Assembly (NCBI RefSeq): GCF_000017845.1
Contig: NC_010546.1
Coordinates: 1,320,001 to 1,352,000, forward strand
From: Crocosphaera subtropica ATCC 51142
Lineage (GTDB): Bacteria > Cyanobacteriota > Cyanobacteriia > Cyanobacteriales > Microcystaceae
Length of the DNA stretch: 32,000 nucleotides
Reading direction: 5' to 3'
A model generated the notes under the pieces. The model did no database searches, had not been told where the DNA came from, and worked only from the letters and a program-made list of their open reading frames with translations. Below are positions 20,371 through 28,266 of the stretch, in pieces. Every line of letters begins with the position of its first letter. Within the stretch, counting starts at the first letter, position 1. Both the position numbers and the translations under genes were made by a program.

Positions 20371-20400
20371 CTCCCTCTGCTTCCCCTGCTCCCTCTGCTT
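20371..20400. repeat. Pyrimidine-rich direct repeat ctccctctgctt, two copies 6 nt apart
   Basis: ctccctctgctt occurs at 20371-20382 and 20389-20400, within a C/T-rich tract upstream of the gamma-like gene. Confidence 0.6.
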
Positions 20401-20503
20401 ACCTCAACTAATAATCTCTATTGTTAATAAAGAGAATTGGTATTCGGTAGAGGAACGAAACCCAACCTACCTACTATATTGTTATAAACTATCGGTTAAC
20501 ATC

Positions 20504-21403
20504 ATGTCTCAAACCCCTGAATCTCTCAAAGCAACCCTTGATAGTGTTCAAGATTTATACTCGGTGGTGAAAACCATGAAGGCCCTTGCTGCTGTTAGTA
20601 TTCGACAGTATGAGCAAGCAGTGGAATCCTTGGTGGAATATAATCGCACTGTAGAGATGGGGTTTCAAATTCTGGCAAAAGAGCGTTATTTTGCAGGAAA
20701 ATCCCTTATTTTAACCATAAAAGAAAAAAACAATCTTCCTGACCCCAACATTGGAGCCATTATTTTAGGGTCTGATCAAGGCTTATGTGGTCAGTTTAAT
20801 GAAAATATGGCTAAATATGCTAAAGATAAGCTTCAGTCGTTTTCTAAGCCCGAAAATCTTTTTGTGGCAACGGTTGGATCTCGCTTACTTCCTTACTTTA
20901 AAACCAGTTCTTATCAACTGGCCAATCAGTTTATGTTACCCACATCAACAGAAGGCATCGGGGAAACGGTACAAGATATATTGTTAATGCTGGATAATTG
21001 GCAAGAAAAACATAAAATCTGCAAAATTTTACTATTTTATAATCAACCCACTTCAGGATCTTCCTATCGTTCCTATTATCAACAATTATTACCCCTTGAT
21101 AGAGATTGGTTACGCTCCTTAGAACGGAAAGACTGGCCTACTCATACTCTTCCCACCTTTACCATGAATTGGCAAGACCTTTTTAAAGAACTCATTAGCC
21201 AATATCTTTTTGTGTCTCTCTATCGTGCGGTTGCTGCTTCGTTAGCCAGTGAAAACGCCAGTCGTCTTGCTGCGATGCAGTCGGCCCAGAAGAATATTGA
21301 AGAACATCTCGATGAACTCAATGGTCAATATCGTCGTCAACGTCAAAGTGCTATTACTTCAGAATTATTAGATGTGGTGGCTGGATTTGAAGCCTTGACT
21401 TGA
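20504..21403 (+). CDS. F1-ATPase gamma-subunit family protein, stand-alone paralog (299 aa) outside any atp operon
   Basis: The C-terminal helix ASENASRLAAMQSAQKNIEEHLDELNGQYRRQRQSAITSELLDVVAGFEAL closely tracks the gamma consensus (ASE.AARM.AM..A..N...L...L...YN..RQA.IT.EL.EIV.GA.AL). The N-terminal helix KTMKALAAVSIRQYEQA and the GSDQGLCGQFN motif are also present. The ATG at 20504 is preferred over the TTG at 20354. Confidence 0.8.
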   Translation: MSQTPESLKATLDSVQDLYSVVKTMKALAAVSIRQYEQAVESLVEYNRTVEMGFQILAKERYFAGKSLILTIKEKNNLPDPNIGAIILGSDQGLCGQFNENMAKYAKDKLQSFSKPENLFVATVGSRLLPYFKTSSYQLANQFMLPTSTEGIGETVQDILLMLDNWQEKHKICKILLFYNQPTSGSSYRSYYQQLLPLDRDWLRSLERKDWPTHTLPTFTMNWQDLFKELISQYLFVSLYRAVAASLASENASRLAAMQSAQKNIEEHLDELNGQYRRQRQSAITSELLDVVAGFEALT

Positions 21404-21560
21404 TGGTTAGTTAGAGAAATTACTTGATGATGAATGGTATCCTGTTTGAGACTCCCTGGGTTAAAACCGCAGGGATTCTAGAGGTTATCTAAACAGGGGA
21501 TAAATCCACCTGTTTAGACATTATTCTAGATAGGGGGACTCCCATTGACCCCATCCTTTA
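21404..21560 (-). ncRNA. Candidate omega/reRNA scaffold of the TnpB element (3' end of tnpB plus right-end DNA)
   Basis: Two strong hairpins lie directly downstream of the tnpB stop. One has a 10-bp perfect stem, tctaaacagg/cctgtttaga (21488-21518). The other has a 6-bp stem, tccctg/caggga (21453-21475). A third copy of the cctgttt(g)ag arm is at 21441-21450. This placement matches where TnpB guide RNAs are encoded. Confidence 0.35.
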
Positions 21561-22719
21561 AACCGTCTGCATCCATTACAAATACAGTTTTCTGAAGGCC
21601 TAAAGGACATGAAAAACCTAGCCATTGACCTATGTTTTGACTAGCATTCCAGTCACTATTACATTGATAACCATCAAATCCTCTAAACCAATGTCCATTT
21701 CTTTTCCCAATTACACCGTTTCTGTGGTCTGATTTAGAGGTATAAGGTGCTGGTATTAGTTCAAAAGGAACACCACTTTTAATGGCTTTATAACGAGTTA
21801 GTGTTTCTAACTGGAAATATGACCAAGTATGGCGACTATTTCCTGCATCAGACCTTATTTTTCTAGATTGTTTTGAAGTTTCTCTAATGTTAGATAAATC
21901 TTCAAATCTTAATCCCATACCATAGTCTTTAGCAAACTGAACTAACTGCTTAGAAATGCAATGATTGATATAGGTTATAATGCGTCTTTCTTTAGATTCT
22001 AGACGTTTAATTACCTTGCGCTTATTAGCCTTTTGAAGTTGTTTTCTAAGTTTTTGATAACGTCGTCTTAAATGTTTAATTTGACGACCATTCCAAAACT
22101 TTCCAAACCCATTAGGCAAACTAGCAACAGCAATTTGATTCTGTCCTCTATCTACTCCAATCCAATTTTTAACTGGTTCAGCATCAGGAACGTCCATTGA
22201 CACTGATAACAAAACATACCAGATACCTTGTCTTGAGTGCGTCTTACATTTGCCGTGCGACGGTAAATTACGCACTCGCTTTTTAGATTTCCATAACTTA
22301 AGGCTTCCTTTCTTGGCTTCTCTTACTATGATTTTATCTAAAGTATCAGCATGACTAGATTGATGAATAGCTAAAGGAATACGCTTTTTAACTCCTCTGA
22401 TAATTGAGAAGGCAACTGAATAAGTGTTACCTTTTTTCTCAATTCGCCACCCTTGATTGTTAACCTCAAGGGGCAAACATTTAAACTTCTTAACTTTTGT
22501 TGCAGTACAACTATTCCGAATAGTTTGATTAATCCAACCTGAACCAATTTCAACATGGTTGAAATCTTTACTGGTGTATTTTCTTCTATCCGTTTTAGGT
22601 ATTTCTAATAGTTGATTAGCAATACCTGTATTTAACTCAGTTAGTCGGTCAAATTCTTGTGCTTTGCACTGATTTAACCGATAAAAAGGAAGTTTAAGTG
22701 TCAGAGTTAAAATAGCCAT
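21526..22719 (-). CDS. tnpB: TnpB-like RNA-guided endonuclease (IS605 OrfB family), 397 aa
   Basis: The RuvC triad is recognisable: D in NWIGVDRGQNQIAV, E in GLRFEDLSNI and D in QCNSDWNASQNI, along with PAPYTSK. The N-terminus MAILTLTLKLPF is typical of OrfB proteins. The ATG at 22719 is preferred over the TTG at 22827. Confidence 0.85.
   Translation of the reverse strand: MAILTLTLKLPFYRLNQCKAQEFDRLTELNTGIANQLLEIPKTDRRKYTSKDFNHVEIGSGWINQTIRNSCTATKVKKFKCLPLEVNNQGWRIEKKGNTYSVAFSIIRGVKKRIPLAIHQSSHADTLDKIIVREAKKGSLKLWKSKKRVRNLPSHGKCKTHSRQGIWYVLLSVSMDVPDAEPVKNWIGVDRGQNQIAVASLPNGFGKFWNGRQIKHLRRRYQKLRKQLQKANKRKVIKRLESKERRIITYINHCISKQLVQFAKDYGMGLRFEDLSNIRETSKQSRKIRSDAGNSRHTWSYFQLETLTRYKAIKSGVPFELIPAPYTSKSDHRNGVIGKRNGHWFRGFDGYQCNSDWNASQNIGQWLGFSCPLGLQKTVFVMDADGLKDGVNGSPPI
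22248..22263. repeat. Copy 1 (inside the tnpB CDS) of the tgccgtgcgacgg motif
   Basis: atttgccgtgcgacgg. On the coding strand it encodes LPSHGK. Confidence 0.8.
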
Positions 22720-22789
22720 GAATCTATCATAGCATATATCTTGCATAACCGTGCAAGATATTATACAATTGGTTAAAACAAGGGGCTGT

Positions 22790-22810
22790 GTCTGCCGTGC
22801 GACGGCAGAC
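22790..22810. repeat. Copy 2 of the motif, forming the 8-bp hairpin gtctgccg-tgcga-cggcagac in the left end
   Basis: The 13-nt tgccgtgcgacgg (22793-22805) is identical and in direct orientation to 22251-22263. Confidence 0.8.
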
Positions 22811-22845
22811 TTTATAAGCCTCGTCAATCGAGTCGCTTTTCATGA

Positions 22846-22887
22846 GGACGCGGATTTGTCGTCGCACGGCAAATCATCTGAGCGTCC
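22846..22887. repeat. Copy 3 of the motif (inverted), lying in the loop of a nested hairpin in the left end
   Basis: The structure reads ggacgc-g-gatttg-[tcgtcgcacgg]-caaatc-atctga-gcgtcc. The segment cgtcgcacggcaaat (22860-22874) is the exact reverse complement of 22248-22262. Confidence 0.8.
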
Positions 22888-22947
22888 GTCCATCCCTTGA
22901 AAGAGGATGGCTTTCAAGCTCCCGTGTTATTTTAGGTAATATTTTTG

Positions 22948-22975
22948 TAGGGGCTTAATAATATTTAAGCCCCTA
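22948..22975. other. 11-bp perfect hairpin between the PEP-CTERM gene stop and the TnpB left end
   Basis: taggggcttaa-taatat-ttaagccccta. A T-run lies on the 5' side on the plus strand, so this is not a canonical terminator for the minus-strand gene. It may be a terminator remnant or an element boundary. Confidence 0.4.
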
Positions 22976-22981
22976 TAGAAG

Positions 22982-23755
22982 TTAAATTGTTTGTTTTAAG
23001 AGTTTATCTATCCCAAAAAGACCTAACCCTAATAATCCTATAATAGAAGAAGGTTCAGGGACACTAGGAGTCGAAGGAACAACATTCCGAACGGTCACAC
23101 TCCAGTTATCAATACCTGATGTGATTGATGCAGCAAACCCTCCATTAAAGCTATAACCCCGACCATAACCAAATTGAATGGGACTTCCTGTCGAAGAGAA
23201 ATTAGGGCCAGAACCCCCGTCAAAGGCAATAAAGTCTGTGACGGTTAAACCTGGAACTGACCTGGTTTGCCAAGGGGAAACATCAGGTATTCCTATGTTT
23301 GCTGCACGAAAGATTCTGCCATCTTGTTGAATGGCAAATTCATCTCCAAACTCACCGCCCACATTAGCTGAAATCCCTATGACATCAGCAGAATAGTCAA
23401 TAGATGCGATCGCCCCTTGAGTAGCAGGATCGTAAATAGCATTACTGTGAAAATTATAAACTCTAGCATTGGTTCCATTTCCCCAAGATTGGGTCATGGT
23501 ACGAAACTCATCAGGATTGCCCCCTGTGAGACTTTGGGTAGCAGTTTCACTAACGGAACCAGATGGACCGGCAAAGTAGCGAATTGTTCGAGTCCAATCT
23601 GCATCATTAAATGTACCATCGAAGTAGTTGAAGGTGGCTGCTTGGACAGGATTGATCGCCAAGGTGCTAACCGCAAAAACGGAGGAAGCGAAGAGTATTT
23701 TTGATAAGCAATGCTTACCCCCCCCCGAAAAATTGATTAATTTTTCTAATATCAT
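22982..23755 (-). CDS. PEP-CTERM sorting-domain secreted protein
   Basis: An N-terminal signal peptide (…VFAVSTLAINPVQA/ATF) is present. The C-terminal VPEPSSIIGLLGLGLFGIDKLLKQ gives a PEP motif, a TM helix and a basic tail. Confidence 0.75.
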   Translation of the reverse strand: MILEKLINFSGGGKHCLSKILFASSVFAVSTLAINPVQAATFNYFDGTFNDADWTRTIRYFAGPSGSVSETATQSLTGGNPDEFRTMTQSWGNGTNARVYNFHSNAIYDPATQGAIASIDYSADVIGISANVGGEFGDEFAIQQDGRIFRAANIGIPDVSPWQTRSVPGLTVTDFIAFDGGSGPNFSSTGSPIQFGYGRGYSFNGGFAASITSGIDNWSVTVRNVVPSTPSVPEPSSIIGLLGLGLFGIDKLLKQTI

Positions 23756-24245
23756 CAGAAAAAATCCTTTAAAAGACCATTCAAATGTTTAGGATAATAC
23801 AAAACAGAGAACAACTTATCCAAATTTTCAGAAAAATTTAATTTTCAGGAAGAAACTCAAAATCGAGGATTTGTTCTCATGTAAATGGATATAAACAATA
23901 GTCAGCTAATCACCGCTTATTGACAATTTTTAAGGCGATCGCAACAGCTAGAACTCGCTTTTACTCAAGGTTTCAGTGGGGCTGTCACCCTGTGAGTATT
24001 TTCTATCCTAAACTTATCAACCTGAGTTCGACGGAAGAGAATCTATGGGAAACTGACAATCAACAAGAAGTCTCAAACCCTGATTCCCTCGTTCAAAAAA
24101 TTCTAACTCCAACCTCCGAACTCCTAACACCGAACTCGCGTTTATCAAGAGTTAAATGGAACTGAATAACAAACTAATATAAAGTTTATTTTTACTTCAA
24201 AATAGTGAACTGTGAAACATAATCCCTAAGGGATTTCAAGCCAAA

Positions 24246-25007
24246 TTAACTCTTCCCCACTTTACCAAACCGTCGTTCTCGCTGTTGATAATTTAATAAA
24301 GCGTCGCGGAGAATGTGGCGATCAAAATCAGGCCAAAGGGTTTGAGTGACATAAATTTCTGCATAAGCCAACTGCCATAAGAGAAAATTACTAAGACGCA
24401 TTTCTCCACTGGTACGAATTAAAAGGTCAGGATCGGGAATGCCCTTGGTATATAAGAAATTTTCAAATAAAGTTTCATTAATATCATCTAAATTGAGTAA
24501 TCCCTGTTTAACTTGTTGAGCGATCGCCCGACAACTTTGGACAATTTCTTGACGGCCACCATAATTAGTAGCCACCGTAAATTGAACCCCTGTATTATTT
24601 TCTGTATCTTCCATAGAGCGATAGATTTCTAACTGTAGGGAGGGGGGCAAGACATCTAATGCTCCAACGAAGCGAATTCTCACATTTTCTGTCATCATTT
24701 CTTGAAGTTCACGACGCAGAACCCGTTCAAACAGAGTCATCAAAAATTCCACTTCTTCGAGGGGTCGTCCCCAGTTTTCCGTAGAAAAGGCGTAGGCTGT
24801 CAAAGCAGGAATGCCCCAGTCTCGACAACAACGGAGTAAATCTTTAAGGGTATCGACCCCTCGTTGATGCCCCATAATGCGAGGCAGTCCACGACGCTTG
24901 GCCCAGCGGCCATTCCCGTCCATAATAACGGCGATATGCTGGGGAAGACGGGTTTGGTCGAGATCGGTTGGTAAGTCCTTTAACACAATAGGCTGCTTAA
25001 CGGTCAT
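24246..25007 (-). CDS. uppS: Undecaprenyl-diphosphate synthase (cis-prenyltransferase)
   Basis: [22 protein letters not shown] and [20 protein letters not shown] are present. The ATG at 25007 overlaps the cdaA stop (ATGA) and is preferred over the longer ORF-track start at 25103. Confidence 0.9.
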   Translation of the reverse strand: MTVKQPIVLKDLPTDLDQTRLPQHIAVIMDGNGRWAKRRGLPRIMGHQRGVDTLKDLLRCCRDWGIPALTAYAFSTENWGRPLEEVEFLMTLFERVLRRELQEMMTENVRIRFVGALDVLPPSLQLEIYRSMEDTENNTGVQFTVATNYGGRQEIVQSCRAIAQQVKQGLLNLDDINETLFENFLYTKGIPDPDLLIRTSGEMRLSNFLLWQLAYAEIYVTQTLWPDFDRHILRDALLNYQQRERRFGKVGKS

Positions 25008-25945
25008 TTCTTCTCTTCTGATGAGTTCGATGACAACACACGAAAGGTTGTTTGTAAGAAGCGTCTTCCCTTTGGTCCAATGAGACGACTGAGAAGACCC
25101 CACCCAGGCGCTACGGACTCTCCCTTAACGAGTAAGGCAAATTTCTTGTCGAGTAGCTCTTTTAGTTTACTGCTAGTTAGGGGACGATCCAAAACTCCTT
25201 TTTCCGCTAAGGAAATCGAGCCAGTTTCTTCGGAGACAATAATACATAGACATTGATCAACAATTTCGGTGATACCCATAGCGGCCCGGTGTCGGGTTCC
25301 CAACTGACGGGAGAAGGTTTTATCAGAGAGGGGTAAAATGACCCCGGCGGAGATAATGCGAGATCCCCGAATAAAGACGGCTCCATCATGGAGTAAGGTT
25401 TTTGGCTGAAAAATCGTTTGTAGAAGGGCTTTAGAAATTTCCCCGTCAATGGGGACTCCTTGATCAACAAATACCCTCATATCGATTGAACCAGTTGTTT
25501 CAATGACAATTAATGCCCCTGTACGGTTTTGGGAAAGTTCTCGGACAGCTTCTACCAGTTCATCTACTACGTTATTGGGTTTAGATGCGCTGGGTTTGCG
25601 CCTGAAAAATTGTAGAACTTTCCCTTGTCCTAGTAATTCTAGAAAGCGTCGAAACTCGCCTTGGAAAATCACAGCCATGGCCACAGCGGCCCCTAGGACT
25701 AATTTTTCTATAACAAAACTCAGCAGTGTCAAGTGAAACTTTTCGCTGATCACTGCTGCTAACATGAGAATAATTAGCCCCCGAACCATATACAGGGTAC
25801 GACGCTCTCCAATGGCCAGAAGCATCAAGTAGGTTAATAACAGGACTAAACCGATATCAATACTTTTATAAAGTGGCTCTGGAATTAGCTCTGGACCTAG
25901 CCATTGTTGCTCAGGAGGCTGGCTTGACAGGAAGTAAGATGACAA
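25004..25945 (-). CDS. cdaA: Diadenylate cyclase CdaA (membrane-anchored DAC domain), TTG start
   Basis: N-terminal TM helices are followed by DAC motifs: [15 protein letters not shown] (DGA) and GTRHRAAMG (RHR), then [11 protein letters not shown]. No ATG or GTG is available upstream of the TM region. Confidence 0.88.
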   Translation of the reverse strand: MSSYFLSSQPPEQQWLGPELIPEPLYKSIDIGLVLLLTYLMLLAIGERRTLYMVRGLIILMLAAVISEKFHLTLLSFVIEKLVLGAAVAMAVIFQGEFRRFLELLGQGKVLQFFRRKPSASKPNNVVDELVEAVRELSQNRTGALIVIETTGSIDMRVFVDQGVPIDGEISKALLQTIFQPKTLLHDGAVFIRGSRIISAGVILPLSDKTFSRQLGTRHRAAMGITEIVDQCLCIIVSEETGSISLAEKGVLDRPLTSSKLKELLDKKFALLVKGESVAPGWGLLSRLIGPKGRRFLQTTFRVLSSNSSEEKK

Positions 25946-25988
25946 GGTAGATGCTCAATGAGAACAAAAAGGGATGAGAATAAGGGGA

Positions 25989-27419
25989 TTAGGGTAGAAG
26001 CCTTTGGGGTAAACAATCTTGTCGAATCAGATCGTCATAGGTTTCCCGTCTGACAATCAAGTTAGCTTCTCCTTGATTAACCATAACGGCTGCTGGCCGT
26101 GGCAGGCGGTTGTAGTTGGAAGCCATACTATAGTTGTAGGCTCCTGTCCCCATGATTACTAGAATATCCCCTGGATGGGTTTGAGGCAACTGAGCGTCTT
26201 TGATAACAATATCCCCAGATTCACAGTGTTTTCCAGCAATGGTGACGGTTTCGCTGATTTCGGCAGACATTCGATTCGCCAGGGCTACACGATATAGGGA
26301 TTGGTAGGTAATGGGACGAGGATTATCGGACATTCCTCCATCTACGGCAATGTAAGTCCGTAGTTCAGGAATTTCTTTGCGACTCCCTACGGTGTAGGCT
26401 GTGACACAAGCCGAACCAATGAGCGATCGCCCTGGTTCTGCTATCAATTTGGGGAGGTCTATCTCACAGCGTTGGCAAGCCTTCATAACCGCTTCACTGA
26501 CTGCTTTGACCCATTCTTCGATACTGGGGGGATCGTCTTCTTCTGTATAGCAAATTCCTAGTCCTCCGCCGATGTTGAGTTCTGATAAATTGAGTCCATA
26601 TTCTCGTCCGATTTTGAGCCATTCGACTAGAACCCCGGCTAAGTCTTGGTGGGGTTGTCTCTCGAAGATTTGGGAACCAATGTGGGCGTGTAATCCTCGA
26701 CAATCTAGGGACGTTTGTTGGCTAATGTAGGTGAAAACGGCTTCTAGTTGATTGGGATCAAAGCCAAATTTACTGTCTAAATGGCCGGTGCGAATATATT
26801 CGTGGGTATGACATTCGATACCTGGGGTCAGTCTGATGAGGATGGGAATGGTCAGGTTCGGGGTATCATTACCCAGTTGGGCTAGGGTTTGCAGTTCTAA
26901 CCAGTTATCAACGATGATGGTGCATCCGACTTTGATCGCTTCTTTCAGTTCGGCTTCGGATTTATTGTTGCCATGAAAGTAAATTTTTTTAGCAATTTCT
27001 TGACAAGAATATCCTAATTGTGTAAGAGCTTTCTGAGTTGTGTAGAGTTCACCCCCTGACACGACATCAAAGCCTAAGTTTTCCCTGGCGATGACTCCCA
27101 CCACTGCTAGACAACTCCAAGCTTTTGAGGCATAAATAACTTGGGACTCTCCTTTGTAGTAGGTTTGGAAATTATCTCGATATTGACGACAAGCAGTTCG
27201 CAGGGTCATTTCATCGAGAATATAAAGGGGGGAACCAAACTGTTCAACCAGAGTCTGAAGATCACAACCACCGATTTCTAGGTGATCGTGAGCATTAATG
27301 TTAGCGGTTAGGGGTAATAAAGACTGGTTAGGCGATCGCTTAGTGCTATCTGTGGCGTTTATTTTGATTTTGAGGTAGTCTTGTCCCGTGTGAGGCGTTT
27401 TGGTTGGTGTCGCTATCAT
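25989..27419 (-). CDS. lysA: Diaminopimelate decarboxylase
   Basis: The PLP-lysine region YASKAW, HIGSQI, EPGRSL, CESGD and GAYNYSMASNYN are present. 476 aa. Confidence 0.92.
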   Translation of the reverse strand: MIATPTKTPHTGQDYLKIKINATDSTKRSPNQSLLPLTANINAHDHLEIGGCDLQTLVEQFGSPLYILDEMTLRTACRQYRDNFQTYYKGESQVIYASKAWSCLAVVGVIARENLGFDVVSGGELYTTQKALTQLGYSCQEIAKKIYFHGNNKSEAELKEAIKVGCTIIVDNWLELQTLAQLGNDTPNLTIPILIRLTPGIECHTHEYIRTGHLDSKFGFDPNQLEAVFTYISQQTSLDCRGLHAHIGSQIFERQPHQDLAGVLVEWLKIGREYGLNLSELNIGGGLGICYTEEDDPPSIEEWVKAVSEAVMKACQRCEIDLPKLIAEPGRSLIGSACVTAYTVGSRKEIPELRTYIAVDGGMSDNPRPITYQSLYRVALANRMSAEISETVTIAGKHCESGDIVIKDAQLPQTHPGDILVIMGTGAYNYSMASNYNRLPRPAAVMVNQGEANLIVRRETYDDLIRQDCLPQRLLP

Positions 27420-27673
27420 AAATTTCCTAGTCTTAGAGTGTAATTCGTTAGACAGTTGGGAGACTTAGCAGAGAAAAGGAGACGCTAAAATGAGACTAAA
27501 ACCCTTTCGAGAGTGAAATTTTAGCCTTAATATCTATCCTAATCCCTCTTTTATCTTCTTATACTTATACTATCCTATCTTTAAGAGAGGAAAATTCTTT
27601 ATTTTTGGCACTCGAAGCATAACTTTTCAGCAATTAGAAGCACAATATTGCAGTATACAACCTTAAGATTCTG

Positions 27674-27697
27674 ACTGGAGTTTAGGCTAACTCCAGT
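27674..27697 (-). terminator. 9-bp hairpin downstream of the DUF4168-like gene
   Basis: actggagtt-taggct-aactccagt starts 15 nt beyond the stop. The U-tract is weak. Confidence 0.3.
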
Positions 27698-27711
27698 AAC
27701 CCCTAATTTTA

Positions 27712-28206
27712 TTAATTTCCTAACATTTGTTGTACTTTGGCTTGTAATTGTTGATTTTCAGCGACAATTTTTTCAATTTCTAGAAACCGTTCTAGTTCTA
27801 ATCCTTGGTTTTCTACGGTACTTTGTCGCCTTTCCTCAGCTTCATCCATGATTTCTTGAAATTCTACCACCACTTTTCTAAATTTTTCTAAGTCTTCTGA
27901 GGAGTTAACCGACTCTGATCGCAGCTGTCTTTGACTCTCATTAATTTCCATGAATTTTTCAGGGGTTAATCCTTCTTTTTTCATCGCTTTAGCCATTTGC
28001 ATTTGGGTGAACCGTTCTATCCGTTGAAACTGCTTAATTATCTGCACAAACTGTTGCAACTCGATAGGACTAACTTTAGGGTTAGCAGCGGTTTCTGGTT
28101 CTATGGTTGGCGATATAGAACCGGCGTTAAATTGACCATAAGCGACAGTAGGGATAGATAATCCTACAATGGCGATCGCACCTCCCACCACAAGAGATTT
28201 AAACAT
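27712..28206 (-). CDS. Secreted DUF4168-like repeat protein
   Basis: A signal peptide (…IPTVAYG/Q) is followed by repeated helical modules with the pattern E..KF..I.......LQ..V typical of DUF4168 as I recall it. Confidence 0.55.
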   Translation of the reverse strand: MFKSLVVGGAIAIVGLSIPTVAYGQFNAGSISPTIEPETAANPKVSPIELQQFVQIIKQFQRIERFTQMQMAKAMKKEGLTPEKFMEINESQRQLRSESVNSSEDLEKFRKVVVEFQEIMDEAEERRQSTVENQGLELERFLEIEKIVAENQQLQAKVQQMLGN

Positions 28207-28266
28207 AAAAATATTCCTTAAGTTGTTTTGTTTACTATTTCCAGTATACTAGACGGCTTCAGGTAA

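Larger units (their letters stand above)
21404..22947 (-). mobile_element. TnpA-less IS200/IS605-family (IS1341-type) element carrying only tnpB. Boundaries are approximate.
   Basis: A single tnpB ORF is flanked by ~120 nt (right end) and ~230 nt (left end) of hairpin-rich non-coding DNA. There are no terminal inverted repeats, as expected for this family, and no Y1 tnpA in the window. Confidence 0.5.

Noticed and set aside
20354-20503. 50-codon N-terminal extension of the gamma-like ORF from a TTG start
   Set aside because: The extension translates a pyrimidine-rich repeat (PYSLCFPCSLCLP) and is unlike any gamma subunit. The ATG at 20504 gives the canonical gamma N-terminal helix.
22720-22827. 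36-codon N-terminal extension of tnpB from a TTG start
   Set aside because: It runs through the left-end hairpins. MAILTLTLKLPF at the ATG at 22719 is a typical OrfB N-terminus.
23920-24165. 81-aa TTG-initiated ORF in the PEP-CTERM/uppS spacer
   Set aside because: It has no SD and a low-complexity product, and it lies opposite to both flanking genes. It contains the short direct repeats ccgaactc and ctaac, which look like intergenic repeat debris.
24221-24235. Palindrome aatccc-taa-gggatt downstream of uppS as a terminator
   Set aside because: It has a 6-bp stem with a 3-nt loop and no U-tract, which is too marginal.
25008-25103. Longer uppS ORF overlapping cdaA by 100 nt
   Set aside because: UppS homology starts at MTVKQP, and the ATGA overlap with the cdaA stop is the parsimonious arrangement.
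27420-27711. Possible lysine riboswitch in the long lysA leader
   Set aside because: I could not find the conserved L-box core helices or motifs by eye. I also do not recall L-box riboswitches being a feature of cyanobacterial lysA.
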